DNA of 58,225 nt. It comes from a virus. Positions 1 through 8,569 of the stretch are shown here, piece after piece. The DNA is taken from IMG/VR virus record IMGVR_UViG_3300001167_000001, positions 1 to 58,225 of that record. One strand, written 5' to 3'. Under the pieces are notes generated by a model, which made no database searches, was not told where the DNA came from, and saw only the letters and a list, made by a program, of their open reading frames with translations. How positions within the stretch are numbered: position 1 is the first letter of the stretch; each line of letters opens with the position of its first letter. The position numbers and the translations under genes were made by a program.

Positions 1-143
1 CCGCGCCGCCTTCGGCGCCGCTCGCGCTGATACAGGCCGCCGTCGGTTCCGATTTCCCAATGTACACGCAAGCTCGCGTGTGCGCGTATGGCGGGACTGG
101 TCCTGGCGCGTTGTACACGCAATATCCCATCGGAGCGCACTAA
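1..143 (+). CDS. 3' fragment (cut by window start) of the 191-aa signal-peptide/N-terminal-module protein
   Basis: Identical to 52678..52820; TAA at 141..143. Confidence 0.7.
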   Translation, partial: APPSAPLALIQAAVGSDFPMYTQARVCAYGGTGPGALYTQYPIGAH

Positions 144-166
144 ATACCCAATGAGGGGCGCACCCG

Positions 167-478
167 ATGGTTGCCAATCCTATAAAGACGATACCGCGAA
201 GCTATCAGTCCTGGGTCAATCTCGCCGTCACGCCAGCAACCGATTTTGAGCTGGATGCGGGTAGTTACGGACTCACGGTAGCTACTGCCGGCTTCACCAG
301 TTACCAGCTCCAGAGATTGCTGCCTGACGGGGTGACGTACACGCCTGCCATGCCAGTGGCGGCCGCGGCTGGTTATACTGTGCTTGATCTGCCGGCGGGG
401 CGGTACAGCATGGTTGTTGTCGGCGCGACGGCGTTTACTGGCTTGATCGAGAAAATCGATACGGGGCGCGCACGATGA
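167..478 (+). CDS. Hypothetical small virion-module protein (103 aa)
   Basis: ATG preceded by GAGGGG. Stop overlaps the next start (ATGA at 475). Lies in the fibre gene run. Confidence 0.6.
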   Translation: MVANPIKTIPRSYQSWVNLAVTPATDFELDAGSYGLTVATAGFTSYQLQRLLPDGVTYTPAMPVAAAAGYTVLDLPAGRYSMVVVGATAFTGLIEKIDTGRAR

Positions 479-1395
479 AAAAATTTCTATTCGCCGCGCT
501 ATTGATGTTGGGCGCGCTACCCGCGAATGCTCAGCAGCATACCGATGCTCTGATCGTATCGGCGTGCGGTACATTGCCGGTTCCGTACGTCGCCGGGACT
601 TATAATTACGTGACGATGGATACGACGGGGAAGTTGTGCGATAGCGGCAGCGGAGGCGGTGGCGGCGGTACTCAGAACGTCAACCTTACTCAGATATTGG
701 GCGCCGCACCGAGTGCGACAAATCCGCTGTGGGTATCTCCTGCGACCGGCGCGACGTTCCCTGTTAGTGCAGCATCGCTGCCGCTGCCGACCGGCGCGGC
801 AACGCAGACGACACTCGCGGCCATCCTCGCAGCACAAGGCGCGGCGCCTGCACAACAGACCGGCGCGACGGTCGGTATTGTTGCCGGATCGGCGGTTATC
901 GGTAAGGTCGGCATAGATCAGACGACGCCGGGAACAACCAATGCCGTATCGGCGACGAATTTTCCCAGCACGGTCGCGACGGGTACAGGTGCTCAAGGTG
1001 CGACCGTTCCGCGCGTCACGGTCGCAACCGATCAAGCCACCAATGCGGGCGCCGCGTTGGTCAAGGGCGGCGTTGGCGTCGTCAATGGAGGCAGCACTTA
1101 TCAGGCTGTGGCAGCATCGCAGACCGCAACGGTCCTCCAAACATCGACCGGGGCAATCGGCGATTATCTTTCGCATTGTGTGATCTATCCGACCTCCACA
1201 TCGCCGGGCGTCGTGACAGTATTTGATAATACAAACGCTGCTGGTACCAACGTCATCGCCTTTCCTGGTGGTGCTAGTAGCGTGTCGAACCTTGTACCAA
1301 TCGCCGTTCCAGTTGGCGCAGTTAGTACCGCTGGAGCGTGGAAGGTGACGACTGGCGCGAACGTGTCGGCTGTCTGTTACGGGAAATTCAGCTAA
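475..1395 (+). CDS. Signal-peptide-bearing fibre-like protein, Gly/Ala/Thr-rich (306 aa)
   Basis: N-terminus MKKFLFAALLMLGALPANA|QQ; G6 run. Translationally coupled on both sides (TAATG at 1393..1397). Confidence 0.65.
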   Translation: MKKFLFAALLMLGALPANAQQHTDALIVSACGTLPVPYVAGTYNYVTMDTTGKLCDSGSGGGGGGTQNVNLTQILGAAPSATNPLWVSPATGATFPVSAASLPLPTGAATQTTLAAILAAQGAAPAQQTGATVGIVAGSAVIGKVGIDQTTPGTTNAVSATNFPSTVATGTGAQGATVPRVTVATDQATNAGAALVKGGVGVVNGGSTYQAVAASQTATVLQTSTGAIGDYLSHCVIYPTSTSPGVVTVFDNTNAAGTNVIAFPGGASSVSNLVPIAVPVGAVSTAGAWKVTTGANVSAVCYGKFS

Positions 1396-2381
1396 TGCGC
1401 CGCGTCGTCGGCTTTTTTCTGTTGGCGCTCGTTTCTTTGTTGCCTGAAACTATTTGTGCGCAGGCAATTCTTCCGGGATTTCCGCCGGGGGTTTTCACTA
1501 ACCGCGCGGCGCTCGATCCGGCACCTGCGGGGGGCTTTCAAGGCCCCGGCGACATCACGTCGGGCGCCATTGCATTCTATTCCTGCGGCCGGGCCTACAA
1601 TGCGGCATATGCCGCAGGAGCAAATCCAGCCTGCGATCTCGTCGATACCGGCACAGGGCTTGCGACCTGCACGATTTCATTTGGCACAAACGGCCTTGCT
1701 AATTTAACAGCCGTGGCCTGCCCGACAGGGGCACCGACCGTCAACGTCGTGACATTCTGCGCGGTGACTCACCCGTCAGGATGCAGCCTGACTAAGATGT
1801 ACGACCAGACCGGCACCGGCAATCATGTGGTGCAGGCGACGCTCGCCAATATGCCGGTGCTGACGTTCAGTGCGCAGAATGGGTTGCCGTGTGCGGCGGG
1901 AACGGGAAATGCGGCGATGCGACTCGCAACGGCGGGCAGCATTTCGCAATCTGCGCCATTTAGTGCGACGGCGGTTACGGAGAGAACCGGAAGTTTTACG
2001 ACGACGCAAAAGATAATCTCGAACGGGGCCAACGCCAGTACGTTTAATTTTACGGCGAGCGCGAACAGCATATCTTCGGCGCTCGGCAGTTCAGCGGCCG
2101 TGACTTTAACCGCCGCAGATAGTTCGTTTCATGCGCTGCTAGGAGTTGCGAGTGCGACCGCCCCGCTATTCGCGGTTGACTCAAGCGCCAATACTTCGAC
2201 CACGACAACTGGAACAACCGCTTTGGCAGGCAGTCAATTTCTCATGGGACGCAGCACGGGGGTACAGGCTCTTCTTGCCGGCTTCGTCTGCGAAGTCGGC
2301 ATCTGGCCAGCCGATCTCAACTCATCCTATCAAGCCATGCTCGCCAATATGCGCAGCGCGACCAATGGGTGGAATTTTTAG
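1395..2381 (+). CDS. Signal-peptide-bearing fibre-like protein (328 aa from ATG 1395)
   Basis: MRRVVGFFLLALVSLLPETICAQA. ATG 1395 overlaps the upstream TAA. The tracked ORF 1338..2381 extends further upstream. Confidence 0.6.
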   Translation: MRRVVGFFLLALVSLLPETICAQAILPGFPPGVFTNRAALDPAPAGGFQGPGDITSGAIAFYSCGRAYNAAYAAGANPACDLVDTGTGLATCTISFGTNGLANLTAVACPTGAPTVNVVTFCAVTHPSGCSLTKMYDQTGTGNHVVQATLANMPVLTFSAQNGLPCAAGTGNAAMRLATAGSISQSAPFSATAVTERTGSFTTTQKIISNGANASTFNFTASANSISSALGSSAAVTLTAADSSFHALLGVASATAPLFAVDSSANTSTTTTGTTALAGSQFLMGRSTGVQALLAGFVCEVGIWPADLNSSYQAMLANMRSATNGWNF

Positions 2382-4813
2382 TGCGTAGATTTCTAGCCGC
2401 CTCAGCAGTACTGCTCTTTACGGCGTTCCCCGCGCTCGCGCAGAACGCCATCACTCTGCCGATCGCCGCGAACGCGGTCGCCGACTTAGGCAACGGCCCT
2501 ATCAAGGTCCGCATGATCGCGGGTAACGCATCAATTTTCACGGCACAAGGATCTGGCACTGGCAGCACGTCGGGTTCGTCCACAGCACTGACTTTGACTG
2601 CGACGCCGGCAACGCCACCGCTCGTTGGTGGCCTGATTTCCGGCAGTGGCATCACGTCAGGAACGACGGTCGCAGCGTACAACGGTACAACGGGCGTAAC
2701 GCTGTCGGCGGCCATGACTGTAGCCGGCGGTACGACGGTTTCATGGGGCGCCGCGTGTCCATCAACGCCACCTAGCAGCGTAATTCAGGCGTCGCCTTCG
2801 GCCGACGGCTATGTGATGTACACACAAGCGCGCGTGTGTGCAGTTTCACCGGGTGGCCCGGTTAACACGCTTTTGATTTCTCCGGTTTTTCAGGATAGTC
2901 AAGGTGGAAGCGGCAGCGGGAACGTAAATGGGCCGGCAACATCGATCGTAGGAGGCGTCGCGGTATGGAAAAACGGGGCTGGAACTTTACTCGCAGACGG
3001 TGCAACAGATGACGGATTTTTTGGTTCAGGTCGTCCATGGGCCGATATTAGGGCCTACGGCGCTAAAGGCGATGGTGCGACGGACGACACAGCGGCGATA
3101 ACAGCGGCGTATAATCAGCTTGCCGCAATTGGTGGCGGTGACCTATTCTTCCCGCCAGCACCTAACGGTCTTTATTGCACCTTTACTGGAATAACGATTT
3201 CCAACGGCAACGTGCATTTGAGATTCGCCGCCAACGGCGCGGCTTCAAATGGAATCAGTTCTTTAAGTTCTTGCGGCCACGATGTCACGACGTTGAATTT
3301 GAACGCCGGCTCTATCATACTGGACTACGCAAATATCATCGGCGATGGGTATGGCGCGACGCACCCGGCACTGGATTTCGGTCCAAGTTGCGGCGGTTGC
3401 AAAATGCACTTCGGCAGCGTCAGCGGCGGCACTTCTCCGGTATTGATCGAAGGCGTTGATGACCGTATCGAAAACGTCAACGTTGCTCCAGGTTACGGCA
3501 CTGCATCGATTAAGATCATCAATGGCGCGACGTATTTAGATCATGTTTCAGCCGATCTTAGCCCCCCGGTCTACACGCTGACTAATGCCAATTTCAGCGG
3601 CGGCGCCGCGTCGTGGGCGGCAACCCATGCCTATTCTGGTTCGGTGACTGTCTCAACACAGGGATTTTTTATTCAGCTTGTAACGGCAAGCTGTACTAGC
3701 GGTGGCAGCGCGCCGACGCTGAAATCGTACGGAACAAACATTACGGACGGTACTTGTACGTGGAAATTATTGTCACCTGGAACTTATTACAGTGTACAGG
3801 TCGATACCGGGGCCAGCGCAGTCTATCTGAACAACGGCGATAGTAGCGGGCCTTTTGTGGCAGGAGTCGGCGTTACAAACACAAGTGCAGGCACGGCACC
3901 GGGTGGCATCACCGTTGAAAATTGGAATTTCGGGGCTAACCTACAGGCTGGAATTTACGCTCATGACGGCAATACGCTTTCGGTTTCAGACTCTACACTG
4001 AATGGATGCATCTATGGTGGCTGTGCTGGTATTTATACTTTAGGGTCGTGGACCGGAGTCGTGAATGCGAGCAGTAACTTAATTGTTGGTGAACAGGCCG
4101 GCATCGATTTGACCGTCGGCGGTGGCGACACCATCGTCGGCAACACCATCGTTGCCAATGTAACCGGCGTGCTCGTCTCCAACAATTATGCGAATTTCAA
4201 CATCAACAACAATAATTTTTATAACGCGGCGTACGGCGCCAATTCCGGTAACGATATTACGATCGGTACGGGCGCGATACACTGTAATGTCATCGGCAAC
4301 AGTAGCAACGGCGGTACTTTTAGTACAGGGGCGTGCAAAGCATTCGCCAATGACGGTTCTGTCGTAAGTTACACCAACGGTGGCACCAACGCCACGTCGC
4401 TTGCGGGGGCGCAGGCAAATTTGTTGATCGGAACATTAATGAGCGTTCCGGCTACTGTGAATTTTGCGGTGGCTGGTGATTATGCGATCGCGGTCCCACT
4501 TCCTGCGGGATTCACACAATTTAGAGCCGACGATATTGTCATATCGCAGTGTAGTGTATCGCTTTCTGGCGCCACATTCGGTCTATTCACGGCAACCGGA
4601 GGCGGTGGCGCGGCGATCATCACGGCAGGTGCTACTTCGAACGTAACAAACAATACCGCTAATACAAATAACAACATGCAATTCGGCGCCGGCTTTATTA
4701 ATAACATTGGTACGGAGGCGTACACACCAGTTAGCGGAAATGTCCAATTTCGTGTTGGTTCAACGGCTGCAGGAACGTGTTCTGTGGCGTTTCAATATAA
4801 ACCTGTGCCATGA
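2369..4813 (+). CDS. Tailspike / depolymerase with pectate-lyase-type right-handed beta-helix (814 aa; start GTG 2369 or 2381)
   Basis: WADIRAYGAKGDGATDDTAAITAAY motif (Pectate_lyase_3-type) followed by repetitive N/G/I/V beta-helix-like sequence. N-terminal about 160 aa are paralogous to the 52245..52820 product. Signal-like N-terminus FLAASAVLLFTAFPALA|QN. Confidence 0.7.
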   Translation: MEFLVRRFLAASAVLLFTAFPALAQNAITLPIAANAVADLGNGPIKVRMIAGNASIFTAQGSGTGSTSGSSTALTLTATPATPPLVGGLISGSGITSGTTVAAYNGTTGVTLSAAMTVAGGTTVSWGAACPSTPPSSVIQASPSADGYVMYTQARVCAVSPGGPVNTLLISPVFQDSQGGSGSGNVNGPATSIVGGVAVWKNGAGTLLADGATDDGFFGSGRPWADIRAYGAKGDGATDDTAAITAAYNQLAAIGGGDLFFPPAPNGLYCTFTGITISNGNVHLRFAANGAASNGISSLSSCGHDVTTLNLNAGSIILDYANIIGDGYGATHPALDFGPSCGGCKMHFGSVSGGTSPVLIEGVDDRIENVNVAPGYGTASIKIINGATYLDHVSADLSPPVYTLTNANFSGGAASWAATHAYSGSVTVSTQGFFIQLVTASCTSGGSAPTLKSYGTNITDGTCTWKLLSPGTYYSVQVDTGASAVYLNNGDSSGPFVAGVGVTNTSAGTAPGGITVENWNFGANLQAGIYAHDGNTLSVSDSTLNGCIYGGCAGIYTLGSWTGVVNASSNLIVGEQAGIDLTVGGGDTIVGNTIVANVTGVLVSNNYANFNINNNNFYNAAYGANSGNDITIGTGAIHCNVIGNSSNGGTFSTGACKAFANDGSVVSYTNGGTNATSLAGAQANLLIGTLMSVPATVNFAVAGDYAIAVPLPAGFTQFRADDIVISQCSVSLSGATFGLFTATGGGGAAIITAGATSNVTNNTANTNNNMQFGAGFINNIGTEAYTPVSGNVQFRVGSTAAGTCSVAFQYKPVP

Positions 4814-4880
4814 AGTACGTGCTGAAATTCAACGCGACAATAGCTTTATCTACGGTAGGGATAGATTAAGTAGGATATTA

Positions 4881-5168
4881 ATGATTATCGACGCAGGAAC
4901 TGTAGCTGCCGGGGTTGCCGCCTTGAACCTAGTACTCACAATCGGCGGCGGTAGTTTCTTTGCTGGCAAGCTGACCGGCAAAATTCAGCGCATAGAAACC
5001 GACGTGAGGGAAACGAAAGGCTTGCTTATCACATCCGCAGTCGAAGCCGATCGGCTGCGGCGTGCGGAAGCTGACATTCACAGCGTGGAAATGGACGTTC
5101 GGAATCTGCGCAAGGGCGTCGGCTGGATAAATGACGCAGGCGCGAAGGGTGTCAATCGGGAGTATTGA
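4881..5168 (+). CDS. Small membrane/coiled-coil protein (95 aa)
   Basis: ATG 4881 in frame within tracked ORF 4707..5168. Hydrophobic N-terminus (AAGVAALNLVLTIGGGSFFAG) then a charged helical region. Confidence 0.5.
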   Translation: MIIDAGTVAAGVAALNLVLTIGGGSFFAGKLTGKIQRIETDVRETKGLLITSAVEADRLRRAEADIHSVEMDVRNLRKGVGWINDAGAKGVNREY

Positions 5169-5174
5169 ACTTTC

Positions 5175-5197
5175 TGCCGCTTTGCGGCATTGTTTAG
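5175..5197 (+). terminator. Weak Rho-independent terminator candidate
   Basis: TGCCG-cttTG-CGGCA hairpin followed by TTGTTT, just after the 5168 stop. Confidence 0.3.
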
Positions 5198-5227
5198 CAC
5201 CATGTCTAAAACCTAGGAGAGAAAACC

Positions 5228-5647
5228 ATGAGTGATCTAAAGGGCGGCCTTCAGGGCATGTTCGACGTGCTGAAGGGTGTGGAAGAACGCGCTCGCAAGC
5301 TGAAGAACCAGAACCTTGCGGACATTGCAGCGTCGGCGCACGGTCGCGTGAAGCAGCTCATCGACCACCCCGACACCGAGCTGGTGGACGAGAGGAAAGA
5401 CCAAGCGCACCCCGGCAACCCGCTGTACGTCGCACCCGCGACCAAGGACGAAGCGATTGCCAAAATGCGAGCGGACGGTGACGCTGACCCGGAAGGCACG
5501 GCGAAGCTGAATTGGCCGCACCTGTTTGAGCCGGGGGCCGCCGGCGGGTTTGCTCGCGCGCCGCAGCAAGAGCCGGGTGCTCAGCAGTGGCCTGGACAAC
5601 CGCAGTCCCGGCCGCTCGGCGCTGACGAATACCGGCGCGACCGTTAA
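5228..5647 (+). CDS. Hypothetical protein (139 aa)
   Basis: AGGAGAG 7 nt upstream of the ATG. Charged N-terminus, P/G/Q-rich C-terminus. Confidence 0.6.
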   Translation: MSDLKGGLQGMFDVLKGVEERARKLKNQNLADIAASAHGRVKQLIDHPDTELVDERKDQAHPGNPLYVAPATKDEAIAKMRADGDADPEGTAKLNWPHLFEPGAAGGFARAPQQEPGAQQWPGQPQSRPLGADEYRRDR

Positions 5648-5746
5648 GGCTACCAGCGTAGGCTCCTGCCATGCGGCAGGGGCCTATGAAAGCCGGGAAC
5701 TGGGTGGTATGATGCCTTGAACGGCGTCATACAAAGGCAGGCAGCT

Positions 5747-6001
5747 ATGACCACTTTCCGCGGCATGAAAACGGGCTTCAACAAAACCGGCAGTAACTCC
5801 GCTGTGCCCAACGAAATGGGACCGCCGACTACAAAATTCGCGGGGCGCGGCGGCCTGCCGGAAGGGCCGTTGAAGCGCTACCCAGGCGCGGTCGCGGATA
5901 CGAGTGGGGGCAATCGCCGGCTGGCGAAGTCCAACCACGGCGACGGCGGCGGCTCTGGGACGCGGTACAGCGGGAACACAGCTTTTGACAAAGCCCGGTA
6001 G
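5747..6001 (+). CDS. Hypothetical Gly-rich basic protein (84 aa; tracked ORF starts at TTG 5717)
   Basis: ORF only; ATG 5747 is in frame. Confidence 0.35.
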   Translation: MTTFRGMKTGFNKTGSNSAVPNEMGPPTTKFAGRGGLPEGPLKRYPGAVADTSGGNRRLAKSNHGDGGGSGTRYSGNTAFDKAR

Positions 6002-6064
6002 GAGGTTCCAATTTTCTATAGGCCGGGCGGCAGCGCGTCGCGGATCAGCAGTCAAACCGATACC

Positions 6065-6427
6065 GTGTACGCTGATAACATCGGCGGCGCGACCGGGTGG
6101 CTGCCCGTAAGTAAGGGCAATACGATTTCCGTCAACATAGCTCGCGCGTCACTGGCGTTCGTTTCTGCCGCGTCGAGCACCATAACGCCGTCCCCGGTTG
6201 CGCCCGAAGTTCAAGTCCTCATGGAAATGAAATTGTACGGTGTGGACAAGGACGCGTCCGCGCGCCCGATCGACCAATGGCAAAATATCGTTGTTGCCAC
6301 GTCCCGTCGCGCTCACCGTGAAGGTTGGGTACGGCTGCGTATCGTCAACATCAATAATAGCGAAGGTACGGGCGTTGTCATGGACATGCAGATCGCCCGT
6401 ACGGGCGACGTCGGTGCTTCTACATGA
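6065..6427 (+). CDS. Hypothetical virion-module protein (120 aa from GTG 6065; possibly 138 aa from ATT 6011)
   Basis: The frame is open from 6002. GGAGG (6001..6005) lies 5 nt before in-frame ATT 6011. The stop overlaps the next ATG. Confidence 0.55.
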   Translation: MYADNIGGATGWLPVSKGNTISVNIARASLAFVSAASSTITPSPVAPEVQVLMEMKLYGVDKDASARPIDQWQNIVVATSRRAHREGWVRLRIVNINNSEGTGVVMDMQIARTGDVGAST

Positions 6428-7053
6428 CCGGATTTGACCAAGGCACCGTCCAAGGTGGGGTATTTGCCCAAACGAAACAGTTTGGCTCGATCTTGCGCGG
6501 TTTCGGGCCGCCAGTACCAGGGGCCGGTGTTGTCGGGGATTTGTACATTGACGTACAGATGTGGTTTCTGTACGAAAAACGCAGCGCAGAGGGCATTGAT
6601 CCTTGGGGCCATTATTTGTTTGCCATTCCGGCGCAGTATCAGTCTGGTTTGAATTGGTTTAGTTCTTCGCTTCCGACAAATAATTTCGGTGCGAACGGCG
6701 ATTACTGTCTGCTTTGGGGCGGTTTTAATAACTACGGACTCCAGCCGTCTTTTTGTGGCCCGAATGTCAACGGTTATTGGCCCGAGAGTGGCGATGGCCC
6801 GGATTTGTTGCTTGATACGACAGACACGGGTTTCACAATCCCTGTCGATTCGTTGACCGAAGGCCCATTGGTTCCTTTTAGCAATTCGTGGCAGACCATT
6901 GTTGTTGGCGTCGATACGGAATATCTTTTGTCCATTCCGGTGTCACAGCTCCCGAACACACCTGTGCTTGAATGTGGGTTGCAGTCGCCGCCAGTTGTTG
7001 TGGCCGTAGCCGTCAACCCACTGTACGCCGCTGAAGACGAGCACGACATATGA
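6424..7053 (+). CDS. Fibre-tip-like protein, paralogue 1 (209 aa)
   Basis: GAGVVGDLYIDVQMWFLYEK motif (GxGxxGDxYID..LYxK, a common tail-fibre tip motif). Paralogous to 7492..7968 at both the N- and C-termini. Confidence 0.6.
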   Translation: MTGFDQGTVQGGVFAQTKQFGSILRGFGPPVPGAGVVGDLYIDVQMWFLYEKRSAEGIDPWGHYLFAIPAQYQSGLNWFSSSLPTNNFGANGDYCLLWGGFNNYGLQPSFCGPNVNGYWPESGDGPDLLLDTTDTGFTIPVDSLTEGPLVPFSNSWQTIVVGVDTEYLLSIPVSQLPNTPVLECGLQSPPVVVAVAVNPLYAAEDEHDI

Positions 7054-7553
7054 GCGGCTTCATAACATCCAGTGAAGCACGGTTGCGTAATGCGGCAGCC
7101 GTACGCCGTTATAGAGCGGCCAATCTTGATCGCGTCCGTGCTTCGGGACGACTTTCAGATCGTCGTCGCTATGCAAAACGACGTGCGGACCCGCAAAAGA
7201 ACCGCGATTACTGGAATGCGTGGCGTGCTGAAAATATCGACAGGGAGCGGGCGCGCGGGCGCGCTAGCGCGGCTATCCGCAAAGCGCGGCTGTTATCTTC
7301 ATCGGGCGTATATACGTACCACGATGTGATTTCTTTATATGCCATGCAGCAAGGCAAGTGTGCGGCGTTTTGGTGCGCTGCTGAGATGCACGGTGGATAT
7401 CACGTAGATCACGTAGTCGCTCTGGCTAAAGGCGGTTCTAATAACCCGGACAATTTGCAATTGCTTTGTCCAACGTGCAATATGTCAAAAGGTGACGATA
7501 GCATGTTTGACTTTTACCTCCGTACAGTGGGAGGCAGCAATCTCAGGTTTTGA
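7050..7553 (+). CDS. HNH homing endonuclease (167 aa)
   Basis: HVDHVVALAKGGSNNPDNLQLLCPTCNMSKG (H-N-H with CxxC). N-terminal basic 'Y..N.ER' repeats. ATGA overlap with the upstream stop. Confidence 0.8.
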   Translation: MSGFITSSEARLRNAAAVRRYRAANLDRVRASGRLSDRRRYAKRRADPQKNRDYWNAWRAENIDRERARGRASAAIRKARLLSSSGVYTYHDVISLYAMQQGKCAAFWCAAEMHGGYHVDHVVALAKGGSNNPDNLQLLCPTCNMSKGDDSMFDFYLRTVGGSNLRF

Positions 7554-7968
7554 CAACGGCACAACCCAGAGCGGCGTGTTTGCGCAGACGAAGCAATTTG
7601 GTCCGGTATTGCGCGGCACGGGCGAACCTGTGCCGGGAGCCGGCGTTGTTGGCGACGTGTACATAGACACACAAACTTGGTTTTTATACGCGAAGCGATC
7701 TAACGACAAAACGAGTCCGTGGGGTAATTATCTGTTCGCGGTGCCCGCTACTTATCAAGCCGCATTGAATTGGTTTAGCTCTGCGCAGCCAACAAACGAC
7801 CTAGGGTCGAACGGCGACTATTGCTTGCTTTGGGGCGGGTATCCGAATTACGGGCTTCAACCGTCTATACTAGGACCAAAAGCGGCCGGCGTATGGCCTA
7901 CCAATCCCGTAGCGGTCGCAGTCGCGCTCAACCCGCTGTATACAGCTGAGAACGAATATGCCGTATAA
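7492..7968 (+). CDS. Fibre-tip-like protein, paralogue 2 (start uncertain: GTG 7492, TTG 7507 or ATC 7540)
   Basis: SGFDNGTTQSGVFAQTKQFG...GAGVVGDVYIDTQTWFLYAK parallels paralogue 1. The 5' end overlaps the HNH gene. Confidence 0.6.
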   Translation: MTIACLTFTSVQWEAAISGFDNGTTQSGVFAQTKQFGPVLRGTGEPVPGAGVVGDVYIDTQTWFLYAKRSNDKTSPWGNYLFAVPATYQAALNWFSSAQPTNDLGSNGDYCLLWGGYPNYGLQPSILGPKAAGVWPTNPVAVAVALNPLYTAENEYAV

Positions 7969-8569
7969 TCCAGCAACGGATTTTATCGGGCTGTTGCGGC
8001 TGGTAGGCAGTGCTGTGCGTTCGGAAAGAATGCCGGGGCTGGATTACGTTGTTGCCGCGCTCGCTCGCGCTGGGATGTTTGCTCTTTCGGTCGGGCAGAC
8101 GGCGCCGACAGCGAATCAGGCGAGTACGTTTTGGTTTCAACCTGCTATCCCGTCGTGGACGGCTGAGGGCACGTTGTACATTTGGAACCCGGTTGCTGCA
8201 GCTTATCAAGTCGCGACGCCGGCATTGTGGCAGGCGTTTTTGACGCCATCGGGTTCGGTTTTCCAATCGCTGCCGGGTGCGAACAACACCATTAACCCGG
8301 GCGTTTCGCTTGCCGCCGTACAGCGTGCCGCGCCAGCGAATACGGCTGTGCAACTCCCGACGATCGCAGCGCAGTACCTTACGCAAAAAGATCTTGTATT
8401 GACCGATTTTTCGACCGGCGTTGCCAATCACATCATCACGCTTTCGCCAGTCGGGGGCGCCACGATCATGCAGCAAGCGACATGGAATTTGCAATCTACT
8501 GCGGATTACTTGGCGCGCGTACGTCTTCGCCCGTCCCCCGACCTTAACGCCTGGATACTGATACCATGA
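7958..8569 (+). CDS. Hypothetical tail-associated protein (203 aa)
   Basis: ORF is coupled to both neighbours (overlapping stop and start codons). Lies in the fibre module. Confidence 0.55.
   Translation: MPYNPATDFIGLLRLVGSAVRSERMPGLDYVVAALARAGMFALSVGQTAPTANQASTFWFQPAIPSWTAEGTLYIWNPVAAAYQVATPALWQAFLTPSGSVFQSLPGANNTINPGVSLAAVQRAAPANTAVQLPTIAAQYLTQKDLVLTDFSTGVANHIITLSPVGGATIMQQATWNLQSTADYLARVRLRPSPDLNAWILIP

Larger units (their letters stand above)
1..5548. repeat. Exact long direct repeat, copy 1 (= 52678..58225); wrap-around of a 52,677-bp genome unit
   Basis: All ORFs in 140..5647 recur with identical translations at +52,677 (167..478 = 52844..53155; 2369..4813 = 55046..57490). Nucleotide lines match by eye. 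Confidence 0.95.

Noticed and set aside
1-5548. Interpreting the 5.5-kb end duplication as a biological direct terminal repeat
   Set aside because: Both repeat boundaries fall inside coding sequences, and the repeat is about 10% of the unit length. This fits wrap-around of a circular or permuted sequence better.
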